A stretch of DNA of 63,864 nt, the filler included, from Caldilineae bacterium (lineage in GTDB: Bacteria; Chloroflexota; Anaerolineae; DTLA01), in the NCBI GenBank assembly GCA_037446815.1. It is 5 parts of 5 records of this genome, joined end to end, with 100 filler letters (N's around TTAATTAATTAA, not from the genome) between each part and the next. Parts side by side here need not be neighbours in the genome. Positions count along the whole stretch, not along the records: positions 29,850 to 44,534 come from JBBIHX010000063.1; positions 44,635 to 59,116 come from JBBIHX010000064.1; 3 more parts are not named here. One strand, given 5' to 3'. Position 1 is the first letter of the stretch; every line of letters starts with the position of its first letter. Under the pieces are notes generated by a model. The model worked only from the letters and a program-made list of their open reading frames with translations. It had not been told where the DNA came from and made no database searches. Below are positions 42,282 to 52,356 of this stretch, piece by piece. The translations under genes and the position numbers were made by a program.

Positions 42282-42340
42282 AGCCGTCCCAGCCGATTAT
42301 ACGCCGCCGCGCCGGTTTGGGCGAATTGCGCGCCCGCGCC

Positions 42341-42516
42341 GACTCGGCTTCATCCTATGTTGGTGAATCGCATGAACACTCTCCTCGCGTGTCATTGCGA
42401 GCGAAGCGAAGCAATCCCACGCCCCTGCTGTCACTGCGAGCGAAGCGAAGCAATCCCACGCCCCGGAGATTGCTTCGGGCGCTCCGCGCCCTCGCAATGA
42501 CACGCCCCTGCTGTCA
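42341..42516. mobile_element. Decayed MITE copy with internal duplication and one end missing
   Basis: gactcggcttcatcctatgttggt end; gtca(t/c)tgcgagcgaagcgaagcaatcccacgcccc duplicated. Confidence 0.75.
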
Positions 42517-42692
42517 TGGCGAGCGACAGGCGCCGTGCGAGGCGGTTTCGCTTCGCCCCCGCAATGAAACGGCGGGGCAAAACACCTGATTTTGGCGGCC
42601 AGCCGCAGTGGAGTACAATCACGCGCGCGTCGGTGCCCATAGCCACGCTCCAGGGAGTCCGGCGCACGAAAACCCAGCAGAGGAGCAATGTT

Positions 42693-43394
42693 ATGATCGC
42701 ACTCAACACCTGGCTACCGTTCACCTCAAGCGCCGTCAGCCTCATCTTCGCGATCCTTGTCTTTCGGCGCTACCTTCGGCGGAAGGGCCTGCACCTGCTT
42801 CTGTGGGGTGTCGGGCTCATCTTCTACGGCATCGGCGGCTTCTGCGAAGGATATTACGGGGCCTTCGGGTGGAACCCGCTGGTCTTTCGGCTGTGGTACC
42901 TCTTCGGTGCCATCCTGGTTGCCGCATGGTTGGGACAAGGAACCGTGTATCTACTTGCACGGCGCAAGTGGGCACATGCGCTGATGATCGTGTTAGGGCT
43001 TGCCTCGCTGTACGCGGCCTACCGCGTCTTCAGTGCAACGTTGGACCCCAGCCTCATGACCACCAGCCTGCACACGGGCAGCGAACTGAGCGGCCATGCC
43101 ATCGTTACGCCCGGCGTGCGCCTGCTCACACCCTTCTTCAACTCCTACGGCACATTCACGTTGGTGGGCGGCGCCATTTACTCCGCGTACATCTTCTGGC
43201 GCAAGCGCGTTCTCAAGCACCGCGCCATTGGCAACGTGTTCATCGCCGTGGGCGCGATTCTCCCCGCCTTCGGGGGCACGTTCAGCCGATTCGGCATTCC
43301 GGGCGCGCTCTATATCACAGAGTTCCTCGGCGCGGTTCTCATGTTCATAGGTTTCATCCGCGCCACCACGCCCATGGGCAAGGAATCGCACTAG
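42693..43394 (+). CDS. Multi-TM (about 7) membrane protein of unknown function
   Basis: Hydrophobic helices; RBS GAGGAG. Confidence 0.75.
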   Translation: MIALNTWLPFTSSAVSLIFAILVFRRYLRRKGLHLLLWGVGLIFYGIGGFCEGYYGAFGWNPLVFRLWYLFGAILVAAWLGQGTVYLLARRKWAHALMIVLGLASLYAAYRVFSATLDPSLMTTSLHTGSELSGHAIVTPGVRLLTPFFNSYGTFTLVGGAIYSAYIFWRKRVLKHRAIGNVFIAVGAILPAFGGTFSRFGIPGALYITEFLGAVLMFIGFIRATTPMGKESH

Positions 43395-43455
43395 CCGCCG
43401 GTAGCCGACCCAGGGAGGGGCCGGCCTTGGCCAACCTCCCGGAGGTCGGCTGCCG

Positions 43456-44343
43456 TTACCGCGCCCAGTCCAGCGACATCACCGGCAGCCAGACACGCCT
43501 CTCGGACTCTGGCTCGCGCGTGGGCGACGGGCCGGGCGTGTTTGTCGGGCGGCGCGTGAAGGTTGCCGTGGGCGTCGCGCTGGCGGTCGCCGTTCTCGTG
43601 GGCGTGCTGGTGGGCCGGCGTGTGGCGGTCGGTGTCCGCGTGGCCTTTGGCGTGTGCGTGGGTGTCGGCGTACGCGTCCTCGTGGGCGTGCGCGTGGGCG
43701 TGGACGTGGGATAGGCATACACCACATGCAGGTATGGTTTCCCCGACCCTGCCTCGCTGCTGTAGAAGGATCGCCAGCCCTGTACGCCCTCCTCATCGCC
43801 GCTGAGCAGCATCATGCCATAGTTGGCGTATGATCCGTCGTACCACCCGCGCACCAACTCGGTAGCATTCCAGGAGCGCCAGCCATCCGATTCTCCCACC
43901 ACGGTTGACGCAGAGGGCTCACTGGTGGCCGGGCGGCCGTTCCAGGTGACCGATTCTGACCACAACTGCGCGATCCGCCTCATGACGATGCTCACGCTGG
44001 CGGCGCCGACGTGATCATACTGATACAGGTACAACGTCGCCGATTGGATCACTATGCCCGATGGCAAATCCAGATCAAATAGGAGCAACGATCGATAGCG
44101 GTAGGGCCACGAGGTCGTGCCTACATGAAGATGAACATCGTCGGGCCAGCTGGAGTTGGGAAAACTCCTGTTGATATAGGCATCCGCCACCGGTTCAGAA
44201 TCCTGTTAGAGGCTGGCAACGGATATAGGCGCGGACGCTGACCCGTTCCCGCCCGTCTCCTGCCCCGAGGCCATCCCAAACCCCAACGCGGCCTGCGCCG
44301 CGCAGATCACAATCGTCCAGATAAGCAACGTCCTGGCTCTCAT
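43456..44343 (-). pseudogene. Secreted DNRLRE-type beta-domain protein with in-frame TAA at 44206-44208
   Basis: RBS AAGGAGG, ATG 44343, signal peptide MRARTLLIWT..., TAA, then in-frame [12 protein letters not shown]...RSLLLFDL...SATLYLY...NYGMML...PYLHVVY and PT linker. Confidence 0.7.
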
Positions 44344-44489
44344 TCCTGGCCTCCTTCCTGCTATCAGGGCGCGGTGAAGGATCTACGGAAGGGGCGGAAT
44401 GAAGGCCAGGAGGCAGCAACGGGCTTCGCCGCTCACCCCAGAAAACCTGCGGTCGGTGAGTGTGCGATGCGGGATTTGCCTGCATGTAC

Positions 44490-44518
44490 ATTGTATCACA
44501 ATCTTCACCCGCTGTCAA
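44490..44518 (-). promoter_or_regulatory. sigma70 promoter for the DNRLRE gene
   Basis: TTGACA-17-TACAAT with extended TG. Confidence 0.65.
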
Positions 44519-44534
44519 CGGCTCCGCCGATGAG

Positions 44535-44634
44535 NNNNNNNNNNNNNNNNNNNNNNNNNNNNNNNNNNNNNNNNNNNNTTAATTAATTAANNNNNNNNNN
44601 NNNNNNNNNNNNNNNNNNNNNNNNNNNNNNNNNN
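44535..44634. other. Artificial scaffold linker
   Basis: N44-TTAATTAATTAA-N44. Confidence 0.95.
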
Positions 44635-44870
44635 CCCCAGCCCTCTCCCTGTGGGCGAGGGGGCGTGGCCCTCACCCCGGCCCTCTCCCTGTGGGCGAGG
44701 GAGCACGGCCCTCACCCCGGCCCTCTCCCTGTGGGCGAGGGGGCGTGGCCCTCACCCCGGCCCTCTCCCGGCGGGCGAGGGAGCACGGCCCTCACCCCAG
44801 CCCTCTCCCGGCGGGCGAGGGGGCGTGGCCCTCACCCCAGCCCTCTCCCGGCGGGCGAGGGGGCGCGGCC
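44635..44870. repeat. Tandem array of at least six 40-bp CCCTCACCCC-type palindromic units
   Basis: ccctctccc at 44641, 44681, 44721, 44761, 44801, 44841. Confidence 0.9.
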
Positions 44871-44884
44871 GCGCGGGGCCGTTT

Positions 44885-44913
44885 TTGACACCGCACGGCT
44901 TTGGGCATATACT
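44885..44913 (+). promoter_or_regulatory. sigma70 promoter of the ABC exporter operon
   Basis: TTGACA-17-TATACT. Confidence 0.7.
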
Positions 44914-45017
44914 TTGCCCCGCTAAATAATCTGTGCAGCCCGCGAGAGCCCGCCGCGTACCGGCCTCCCTCGCAAGGTGGAACCCGCTGCACTTCGCACG
45001 CGAGGAAAAGAGCGTCT

Positions 45018-47258
45018 ATGCTGCGACTTGCCCGATATCTCAAACCGTATGTGCCGTTCATCCTGCTGGCCATCGCCCTGCTGTTCGTGCAGGCCAACGC
45101 TGACCTGGCCCTGCCCGACTACATGTCCCGCATCGTCAACTACGGCATCCAGCAGGGCGGCGTGGAGAACGCCGTGCCCGTCGCCATCCGCCAGAGCCAG
45201 ATGGAGCGGCTGGCGTTGTTCCTGAGCGCCGAGGACAAAGCCCTCGTCCTGTCCCACTACACGCTGGTGGCCCAGGATTCGCCCGACTACGACCGGTACG
45301 TCAAGCAGTATCCTGCCCTCGCCAAGGAGCCCATCTACGTCCGAAACCCGATGGGCAAGGCCGAGGAGGCCGCGCTGAACCCCATCATGGGCAAGGCGCT
45401 GGTCGTCGTCTCCGGCATTGAGCAATTCATGGCCGATCCGAGCAAAGCCGCGGCTATGGGCCAGACGCTGGGGTTTGACCTGAGCCGCCTGCCCCCTGGC
45501 GTGGACGTCTTCGCCCTGCTGGGAAGGTTGCCCGAGGCCCAGTTGGCCCAGATGAGCGTGGCCATCAACGAGCGATTCGCCGCGCTGGGCGAAAGCATGG
45601 TCAACCAGATGGCCGTGCGCGCCGTGAAGGCCGAGTACGACGCGCTGGGCATGGACACGGGCAAACTCCAGACGGCCTACATCCTGCGCACAGGTGGAAC
45701 GATGCTGCTCATCTCGCTCCTGTCCATCACGTGCGCCATCATCGTCGGCTTTCTGGCCGCGCGGACCGCGGCGGGGGTCGCCCGCGACCTGCGCCGAGCG
45801 GTGTTCCGCAGGGTCATGAGTTTCACCAGCGCCGAGTTTGACAAGTTCTCCACCGCGTCCCTCATCACGCGCTCCACCAACGACGTTACGCAGGTGCAAA
45901 TGGTGGTGATGCTGATGATGCGCATGGTCTTCTACGCGCCCATCATCGGCATCGGCGGCGTGATTCGGGCGGTGGACAAGAGCGCCAACATGTGGTGGAT
46001 CATCGCTGTGGCCGTCATCGTGCTCCTGGGGCTTGTGTTGACGGTGTTCTCCATCGCGCTCCCGAAGTTCAAGGCCATGCAGCGGCTGGTGGACCGACTG
46101 AACCTCGTCGTGCGCGAGAACCTGTCGGGTATGTTGGTCATCCGCGCGTTCAACAAGCAGCGGGTTGAGGAAGCGCGATTTGACGAGGCGAACCGAGACC
46201 TGACGCAGACCACCCTGTTCGTCAACCGCGTCATGGTAGTCATGATGCCGGTGATGATGCTCATCATGAACGGCCTGTCGCTTACCATCATCTGGGTTGG
46301 AGCGCACCAGGTGGCCGCGTCCACCATGCAGGTGGGCGACATGATGGCCTTCCTCCAGTACGCCATGCAAATCGTCTTCTCGTTCCTGATGCTGACCATG
46401 ATGTTCATCTTCCTGCCGCGGGCGGCGGTGTCCGGCGACCGCATCGCCGACGTGCTGGAGACCCAGCCCGCCATCCGCGACCCCGAGCAGCCCAAATCGT
46501 TCAAGGAGCCGTTTGAGGGCACGGTGGAGTTCTGCCATGTGCACTTCCGCTACCCCAACGCACTGGAGGATGTGCTGCACGACATCAGTTTCGTGGCCAA
46601 GCCTGGGCAGACGACCGCCTTCATCGGCTCCACGGGTTCGGGCAAGTCCACGATTATCAACCTGATTCCGCGCTTCTACGATGTAACGTCGGGCGCTATC
46701 TACGTGGATGGCGTGGACATCCGCGAGGTGCGCCAGAGCGACTTGCGCGCCAAGATCGGGTACATTCCTCAGAAGGGCATCCTGTTCTCGGGCACCATTG
46801 ACAGCAACCTCCGATTTGCCGATGACGATGCCGACGACGAGACCCTTCGCCAGGCGGTGGAAGTGGCCCAGGCGGGCGAATTCGTCTTCGCGACGCCAGA
46901 CGGCCTGGCGACGGAGATTGCCCAGGGCGGCGCGAACGTGTCGGGCGGCCAGAAGCAGCGCCTGTCCATCGCCCGCGCCCTGGTCAAAAAGCCGCCCATC
47001 TACATCTTTGACGACAGTTTTTCGGCGCTGGACTTCAAGACCGACGCCGCGTTGCGCAGGGCGCTGAAGGAGATCACGCGAGATAGCACCGTGTTCATCG
47101 TTACCCAGCGCGTTTCCACCATCATGAACGCGGACCTGATCATCGTCCTGGACCAGGGGCGAATCGTGGGCAAGGGCACCCACCGCGAACTGATGGAGAC
47201 GTGCGAGGTGTATCGCGAGATCGCCCAGTCGCAACTCGGCAAGGAGGACGTGGCATGA
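45018..47258 (+). CDS. Heterodimeric ABC exporter subunit 1 (degenerate site) with long extracytoplasmic insertion
   Basis: GSTGSGKST, VSGGQKQR, Walker B IFDD, switch Q. Confidence 0.9.
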   Translation: MLRLARYLKPYVPFILLAIALLFVQANADLALPDYMSRIVNYGIQQGGVENAVPVAIRQSQMERLALFLSAEDKALVLSHYTLVAQDSPDYDRYVKQYPALAKEPIYVRNPMGKAEEAALNPIMGKALVVVSGIEQFMADPSKAAAMGQTLGFDLSRLPPGVDVFALLGRLPEAQLAQMSVAINERFAALGESMVNQMAVRAVKAEYDALGMDTGKLQTAYILRTGGTMLLISLLSITCAIIVGFLAARTAAGVARDLRRAVFRRVMSFTSAEFDKFSTASLITRSTNDVTQVQMVVMLMMRMVFYAPIIGIGGVIRAVDKSANMWWIIAVAVIVLLGLVLTVFSIALPKFKAMQRLVDRLNLVVRENLSGMLVIRAFNKQRVEEARFDEANRDLTQTTLFVNRVMVVMMPVMMLIMNGLSLTIIWVGAHQVAASTMQVGDMMAFLQYAMQIVFSFLMLTMMFIFLPRAAVSGDRIADVLETQPAIRDPEQPKSFKEPFEGTVEFCHVHFRYPNALEDVLHDISFVAKPGQTTAFIGSTGSGKSTIINLIPRFYDVTSGAIYVDGVDIREVRQSDLRAKIGYIPQKGILFSGTIDSNLRFADDDADDETLRQAVEVAQAGEFVFATPDGLATEIAQGGANVSGGQKQRLSIARALVKKPPIYIFDDSFSALDFKTDAALRRALKEITRDSTVFIVTQRVSTIMNADLIIVLDQGRIVGKGTHRELMETCEVYREIAQSQLGKEDVA

Positions 47259-49189
47259 GCGTATCCGGCGGCAACTTCTCGGAGAGACGCACCCCTTCGT
47301 CGGAGCGCAGGCCGTTCTTCGGGCCGGGCGCGCCTGGAGGACGCGGCCCGATGTTTGGGCCAGGGCCACGCGGCGGGCACGGCCCTATGGGCATGATGCG
47401 CGGCGAAAAGCCCCGCGATTTCAAGGGCACCATGCGGAAACTCATCCGGTATCTGGGAACCTACAAGATTTCCATCGCCGTCGTAATGCTGTTCGCGGTG
47501 GCGTCCACCATCTTCTCCATCGTCGGCCCCAAGATTTTGGGCAAGGCCACCACCAAACTGTTTGAAGGTGTGATGGCCCAGATTGCCGGCACAGGCACCG
47601 GCATTGATTTTGAGTACATCGGGCATATCCTGCTCACGGTGCTGTTCCTGTACCTGTTGTCGGCGCTTTTCGCCTACATCCAGGGCTGGATCATGTCGGG
47701 TGTGTCGGCGAACATCACGTACCGCTTCCGCAGGGACATCGCCGCCAAAATCAACCGCCTGCCGCTGCGGTACTTTGACCGCACGACGCACGGCGAGGTC
47801 CTGTCCCGCGTAACCAACGACGTGGACACGGTGAACCAGACGCTGAGCCAGAGCCTGACGCAGATGATTACATCCGTAACGACGCTCGTCGGCGTGCTGG
47901 CCATGATGTTCTCCATCAGTTGGCAGATGACCCTGGTGGCGCTGCTGATGGTGCCCCTGTCGCTGGTCATCATCGGCATCGTCATCGGGCGCTCCCAGCG
48001 GTATTTCAAGCGCCAGCAGGACTACCTCGGGCATATCAACGGGCACATTGAGGAGACCTACGGCGGGCACGTGGTGGTCAAGGCCTTCAACGGCGAGGCG
48101 AAGAGCGTCCAGAAGTTTGACGGCCTCAACGACGTCCTGTACGACTCGGCGTGGAAATCGCAGTTCCTGTCGGGCATGATGATGCCGGTGATGGGATTCG
48201 TGGGCAACCTGGGGTACGTGGGGGTGAGCATCCTGGGCGGGTACCTGGCGGTGCGGGGCGCCATCACCGTCGGCGACATCCAGGCGTTCATCCAGTACGT
48301 GCGGTCGTTCACCCAGCCCATCACGCAGATCGCCAACATCTCCAACGTGTTGCAACAGACCGCCGCGGCAGCCGAGCGCGTCTTTGAGTTCCTGGCCGAG
48401 GAAGAGGAGGCGCCCGATACGGCCAGCCCCGTGCGCCTGGATGACGTGAAAGGGCAGGTGGAGTTCCGCCACGTGCGTTTCGGCTACAATCCGGACAAGG
48501 TAGTCATCAAGGACTTCTCGGCCCTCATCCGGCCGGGCCAGAAGGTGGCCATCGTGGGGCCAACAGGCGCGGGCAAGACGACGCTGGTCAAACTGCTGAT
48601 GCGCTTCTACGATGTGGACAGCGGGGCCATCCTGGTGGACGGGCACGACATCCGAGACTTCACCCGCGAGGATTTGCGCAAGATGTTCGCCATGGTGCTG
48701 CAGGACACATGGCTGTTCAACGGCACCATCATGGAGAACATCCGCTACGGCAGGCCCGACGCGACCGACGAGGAGGTCATCGCGGCGGCGCGCGCGGCTC
48801 ACGTGGATCACTTCGTGCGCACCCTGCCCGAAGGGTACAACATGGTCATCAACGAGGATGCGTCCAACATCTCGCAGGGGCAGATGCAGTTGCTCACCAT
48901 CGCCCGCGCCATCCTGGCCAACCCCAAGATTCTCATCCTGGACGAGGCGACCAGTTCGGTGGACACGCGCACGGAGATGTTGATTCAGGATGCGATGTAT
49001 CGGCTCATGGAGGGGCGCACGGCGTTCATCATCGCGCACCGTCTGTCCACCATCCGCAACGCCGACCTCATCCTGGTCATTCGGGATGGCGACATTGTGG
49101 AGCAGGGGACGCAGGAGGAGTTGCTGGCGCGCAACGGGTTCTACGCCGAACTGTACTACAGCCAGTTTGAGCGGGTGGAGGTGGCGTAG
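47255..49189 (+). CDS. Heterodimeric ABC exporter subunit 2 (TM288-like)
   Basis: GPTGAGKTT, ISQGQ, ILDE, AHR; ATGA overlap with subunit 1. Confidence 0.9.
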   Translation: MSVSGGNFSERRTPSSERRPFFGPGAPGGRGPMFGPGPRGGHGPMGMMRGEKPRDFKGTMRKLIRYLGTYKISIAVVMLFAVASTIFSIVGPKILGKATTKLFEGVMAQIAGTGTGIDFEYIGHILLTVLFLYLLSALFAYIQGWIMSGVSANITYRFRRDIAAKINRLPLRYFDRTTHGEVLSRVTNDVDTVNQTLSQSLTQMITSVTTLVGVLAMMFSISWQMTLVALLMVPLSLVIIGIVIGRSQRYFKRQQDYLGHINGHIEETYGGHVVVKAFNGEAKSVQKFDGLNDVLYDSAWKSQFLSGMMMPVMGFVGNLGYVGVSILGGYLAVRGAITVGDIQAFIQYVRSFTQPITQIANISNVLQQTAAAAERVFEFLAEEEEAPDTASPVRLDDVKGQVEFRHVRFGYNPDKVVIKDFSALIRPGQKVAIVGPTGAGKTTLVKLLMRFYDVDSGAILVDGHDIRDFTREDLRKMFAMVLQDTWLFNGTIMENIRYGRPDATDEEVIAAARAAHVDHFVRTLPEGYNMVINEDASNISQGQMQLLTIARAILANPKILILDEATSSVDTRTEMLIQDAMYRLMEGRTAFIIAHRLSTIRNADLILVIRDGDIVEQGTQEELLARNGFYAELYYSQFERVEVA

Positions 49190-49268
49190 GGGGGCGGCGC
49201 GGAACGGGCCGGGCGGGGGCAGAGCGACTCGGGTTCAAACTGCCCGGCCTGCCTCACGCCGCTCCCTT

Positions 49269-49380
49269 TCCGCGCAATCCGCGCCATCCGTGGATGCAAC
49301 CCTGGAGATGCTCCGCCTTCGGCTCAGCATGACATAATGGGCCTGTCATTCTGAGCGGCGAAGCCGCGAAGAATCTCGTA
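49269..49380. repeat. Repeat mosaic (ATCCGCG-type plus inverted GTCAT(T/G)CTGAGC pair)
   Basis: tccgcgcaatccgcgccatccgtggat; ggctcagcatgaca...tgtcattctgagcggcgaagccgcgaagaatctc. Confidence 0.7.
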
Positions 49381-49486
49381 GAGCAANNNNNNNNNNNNNN
49401 NNNNNNNNNNNNNNNNNNNNNNNNNNNNNNNNNNNNNNNNNNNNNNNNNNNNNNNNNNNNNNNNNNNNNNNNNNNNNNNNNNNNNN

Positions 49487-51199
49487 CTACTGGACAAACA
49501 GAGGCACGAAGCGAAACTGCGTAACGTCCACCAATCCCCGATCCGTCAGTTTCAGGGACGGGATGACCGGCAGCGCCAGAAAACTCAGCGCCGTGAACGG
49601 GTCGCGCAAAGCCGACCCCATGTCCGCCGCGGCGTGCAGCAACTCGCGAAACGCCCCGCCCACCTCCTCCAGCGGCCGGTCCGACATGAGGCCGGCGATG
49701 GGCAGCGGCAACTCCGCCCGCACCTCCCCATCCTGCACCGCCACCAGCCCCCCGCGCATCTCCACCATCCGCTCCAGCGCCACTTTCATATCCTCGTCGC
49801 TGGCCCCTACCAGGATGATGTTGTGGGAGTCGTGGGCCACCGAAGAGGCGAGCGCGCCGCGCTTCAGCCCGAACCCGTGCACGAACCCCAGCCCCACGTT
49901 GCCGGTGGCCTGATGGCGCTCTACTACGGCGATCTTCAGCACATCGCGCTCCGTGTCCGAAACGGCGAACTCGCCGTCGGTTTTCGGCTCCATGATGAGT
50001 TGCTGCGTTACGATCTGGCCGGGGATGAGTCCGATGACGCGGATGCGGTTTCCGCGGGCGGGGACCGCAAAAGAGATGCTCGGCGGGTGCACGTTCATGG
50101 AACTGCGCACGATGGCCGGGTTGTGGGGCGACAGGGTGCCGACAAAGCGCCCGCGCTCGGCCACAATCTGCCCGCCGCGCAGCACCTTCAGGATGCGGAA
50201 GTCCATGAAGTTGTCAAAAACCACCAAATCCGCGCGCCACCCGGGTTTGATGCCGCCCCGGTCCGAGAGGCCAAAGTATTCCGCCGGGTTCAACGTCGCC
50301 ATCTGGATGGCGGTGATGGGGTCCAGCCCGCTGGCGATGGCCGTGCGGATGATGCTGTCCAGGTGGCCCTCCTCCAGCAACTCCAGCGGGTGGCGGTCGT
50401 CGGTAACGAACATGCAGCGGCGGGCCGTGGCGGGCGTAACCAACGGCAGGAGGTCGCGCAGATTGCGGGCCGTAGACCCCTCGCGGATCATGATGTACAT
50501 GCCGTTGCGCAGTTTCTCTTTGGCCTCCTCCAGCCGCGTGCATTCGTGGTCCGAACCCACGCCTGCGGCGATGTAGGCCATCAGGTCGCGGCCCGAAAGG
50601 CCCGGGGCGTGGCCGTCAATCCGCTTGCCCGCGCCCGCCCGCACCTTGGCCATCACCGACGGCTCGCGGAACAGGACGCCCGGGTAGTTCATCATCTCGC
50701 CCACGCCTTGCACCCAGTTCTCCTTCAGCAGAAGCGCCAAGTCCGACGGCAAGATGCGCGCGCCCGACGTCTCCATGTCTGTCGCCGGCACGCACGAGGG
50801 CACCATCACGTACACGCTGAAGGGGTTGCGCTTGCTGGATTCCAGCATGTACCGAATGCCGTCAAACCCCAGCACATTGGCGATCTCATGGGGATCAATG
50901 ACCACGGATGTCGTTCCATGAGGCAGCACGGCCCGCGCGAATTCGGGCACGCGCAACATGGAACTCTCAATGTGCACGTGGCCGTCAATGAACCCAGGGC
51001 AAACGTATGCGCCGTCCAGGTCTATCTCCACCTTGCCGCGGTAGTCGCCCAGGCCAGCGATGCGCGTGCTGGCGATGGCGATGTTGGTAACGTGAATATC
51101 GCCCGAGAAGACGTTCACTACCCGCGCGTTCTTCAGCACCAGGTCGGCCTCGTCCTCGCCGCGCGCGATCCGAATCAAGTCCTCCAGCGTAATCGCCAT
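49487..51199 (-). CDS. ade: Adenine deaminase
   Basis: DGHVHIESS, DPHEIANV, GEMMNYPG, DGHAPG, SDHEC, VAHDSHN, LPIAGLMS; alternative GTG start at 51205. Confidence 0.95.
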   Translation of the reverse strand: MAITLEDLIRIARGEDEADLVLKNARVVNVFSGDIHVTNIAIASTRIAGLGDYRGKVEIDLDGAYVCPGFIDGHVHIESSMLRVPEFARAVLPHGTTSVVIDPHEIANVLGFDGIRYMLESSKRNPFSVYVMVPSCVPATDMETSGARILPSDLALLLKENWVQGVGEMMNYPGVLFREPSVMAKVRAGAGKRIDGHAPGLSGRDLMAYIAAGVGSDHECTRLEEAKEKLRNGMYIMIREGSTARNLRDLLPLVTPATARRCMFVTDDRHPLELLEEGHLDSIIRTAIASGLDPITAIQMATLNPAEYFGLSDRGGIKPGWRADLVVFDNFMDFRILKVLRGGQIVAERGRFVGTLSPHNPAIVRSSMNVHPPSISFAVPARGNRIRVIGLIPGQIVTQQLIMEPKTDGEFAVSDTERDVLKIAVVERHQATGNVGLGFVHGFGLKRGALASSVAHDSHNIILVGASDEDMKVALERMVEMRGGLVAVQDGEVRAELPLPIAGLMSDRPLEEVGGAFRELLHAAADMGSALRDPFTALSFLALPVIPSLKLTDRGLVDVTQFRFVPLFVQ

Positions 51200-51256
51200 T
51201 TGCACCCTCCTAGATTAGCACAAAGCGACCTCGTGGGGTCGCCTTGTTGCCTCCTG

Positions 51257-51406
51257 GAGTCGGTTTCATCTTGTGTTGGTGAACCGTAGGCGCACTCTCC
51301 TCGTGTGTCATTGCGAGCGAAGCGAAGCAATCCCACGCCCCGGAGATTGCTTCGGGCACTGCGTGCCCTCGCAATGACAGCCACCAACAAACTTTGGAAC
51401 CGACTC
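51257..51406. mobile_element. 150-bp MITE copy
   Basis: gagtcggtttca...tggaaccgactc; flanks gcctcctg / gcctccct. Confidence 0.88.
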
Positions 51407-51460
51407 GCCTCCCTCTCCCACTCGCACCCCCGCGTGCGACGCCACTGACCTTTCCAGGCC

Positions 51461-52339
51461 CTACCCCCGGCCGAACAGGCGCTGCCAAAACCCCCTCCGT
51501 GCGGCCCGCTGTGCCGGCGCCTGCGCGGGCAGCGATAGGCCGGGCAGATAGTTTGCCGCCGGCGCATCGGGAATCACGCGAACCCTGCCGGCCTCCAGCG
51601 CGAACGCCGGCGTGTCGCGCAGGATGTGCTCCAGCGGCATGGGCGGGCAGGTGTCGTGATAGATGCGCCTGGAGACGAGGGCGGGCATGAGCCGAAAGAG
51701 CGGATACGGCCTGCGCTTTCTGGCCAGGAGTTCCCGCGCGGCCTGGGCCACCTGCGCGTCCCGTCCGGCGACCCGCTCCGAGTCCTGGCGGCCTGCGGGT
51801 TCCAGAAACGCGTGGTAAATCCCCTCTTCGCCGTCCGTTACCTCAAACAGGAGGCTATCGCCGGCGCGGCACTCCATGTCCTGAAACCACTGGGCCAGCG
51901 CGTAAGATGGGGCGATGCCCGCCGCGCCCTCGTCAAGCCACAGGATGGGCTGCGAGAATAGCGGCCCCTGCTCCAGATACAGGTGGCAGGGCCGAGCAGC
52001 GGCGTGGCGCGGCGCGAATAGAAACGGGAACAGGATGTAGCACGCGTCCGGCCCGAGCCGCAGAGACCCCTCGTCCAGTTCCCGCTGCGACAGGATGTGG
52101 CGAACCGTCGCGCCCTTGACGAACCAGAGCACCCAGGCGTAGTGATCGTCGCCCACGGGCACCACCAGGGGGCTGTTGCGCAGGGCGTTGCGCACGGTGC
52201 GGGCCGGCTGAGCCACGGGCCGCACGGGCATGTCCAGGACTGCGGCAAGGACATCGGCAAAGGACAGGGGAGCATCGGCCGGACGCAGGGCGTCGCACAC
52301 AGCCCGCGCGTATGAGATTCGCCGCTCCGCCCGTGTCAT
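51461..52339 (-). CDS. Hypothetical protein
   Basis: RBS GGAGG, co-oriented downstream of the flavin oxidoreductase gene, plausible composition. Confidence 0.65.
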   Translation of the reverse strand: MTRAERRISYARAVCDALRPADAPLSFADVLAAVLDMPVRPVAQPARTVRNALRNSPLVVPVGDDHYAWVLWFVKGATVRHILSQRELDEGSLRLGPDACYILFPFLFAPRHAAARPCHLYLEQGPLFSQPILWLDEGAAGIAPSYALAQWFQDMECRAGDSLLFEVTDGEEGIYHAFLEPAGRQDSERVAGRDAQVAQAARELLARKRRPYPLFRLMPALVSRRIYHDTCPPMPLEHILRDTPAFALEAGRVRVIPDAPAANYLPGLSLPAQAPAQRAARRGFWQRLFGRG

Positions 52340-52356
52340 GCCATTCCTCCGATGGT

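Noticed and set aside
44206..44208. Recoded stop (Sec/Pyl) in the DNRLRE gene
   Set aside because: The codon is TAA, not TGA or TAG, and it lies in a non-catalytic linker.
44635..44870. CRISPR array
   Set aside because: No unique spacers; linkers are only about 8 nt and recur; no cas genes.
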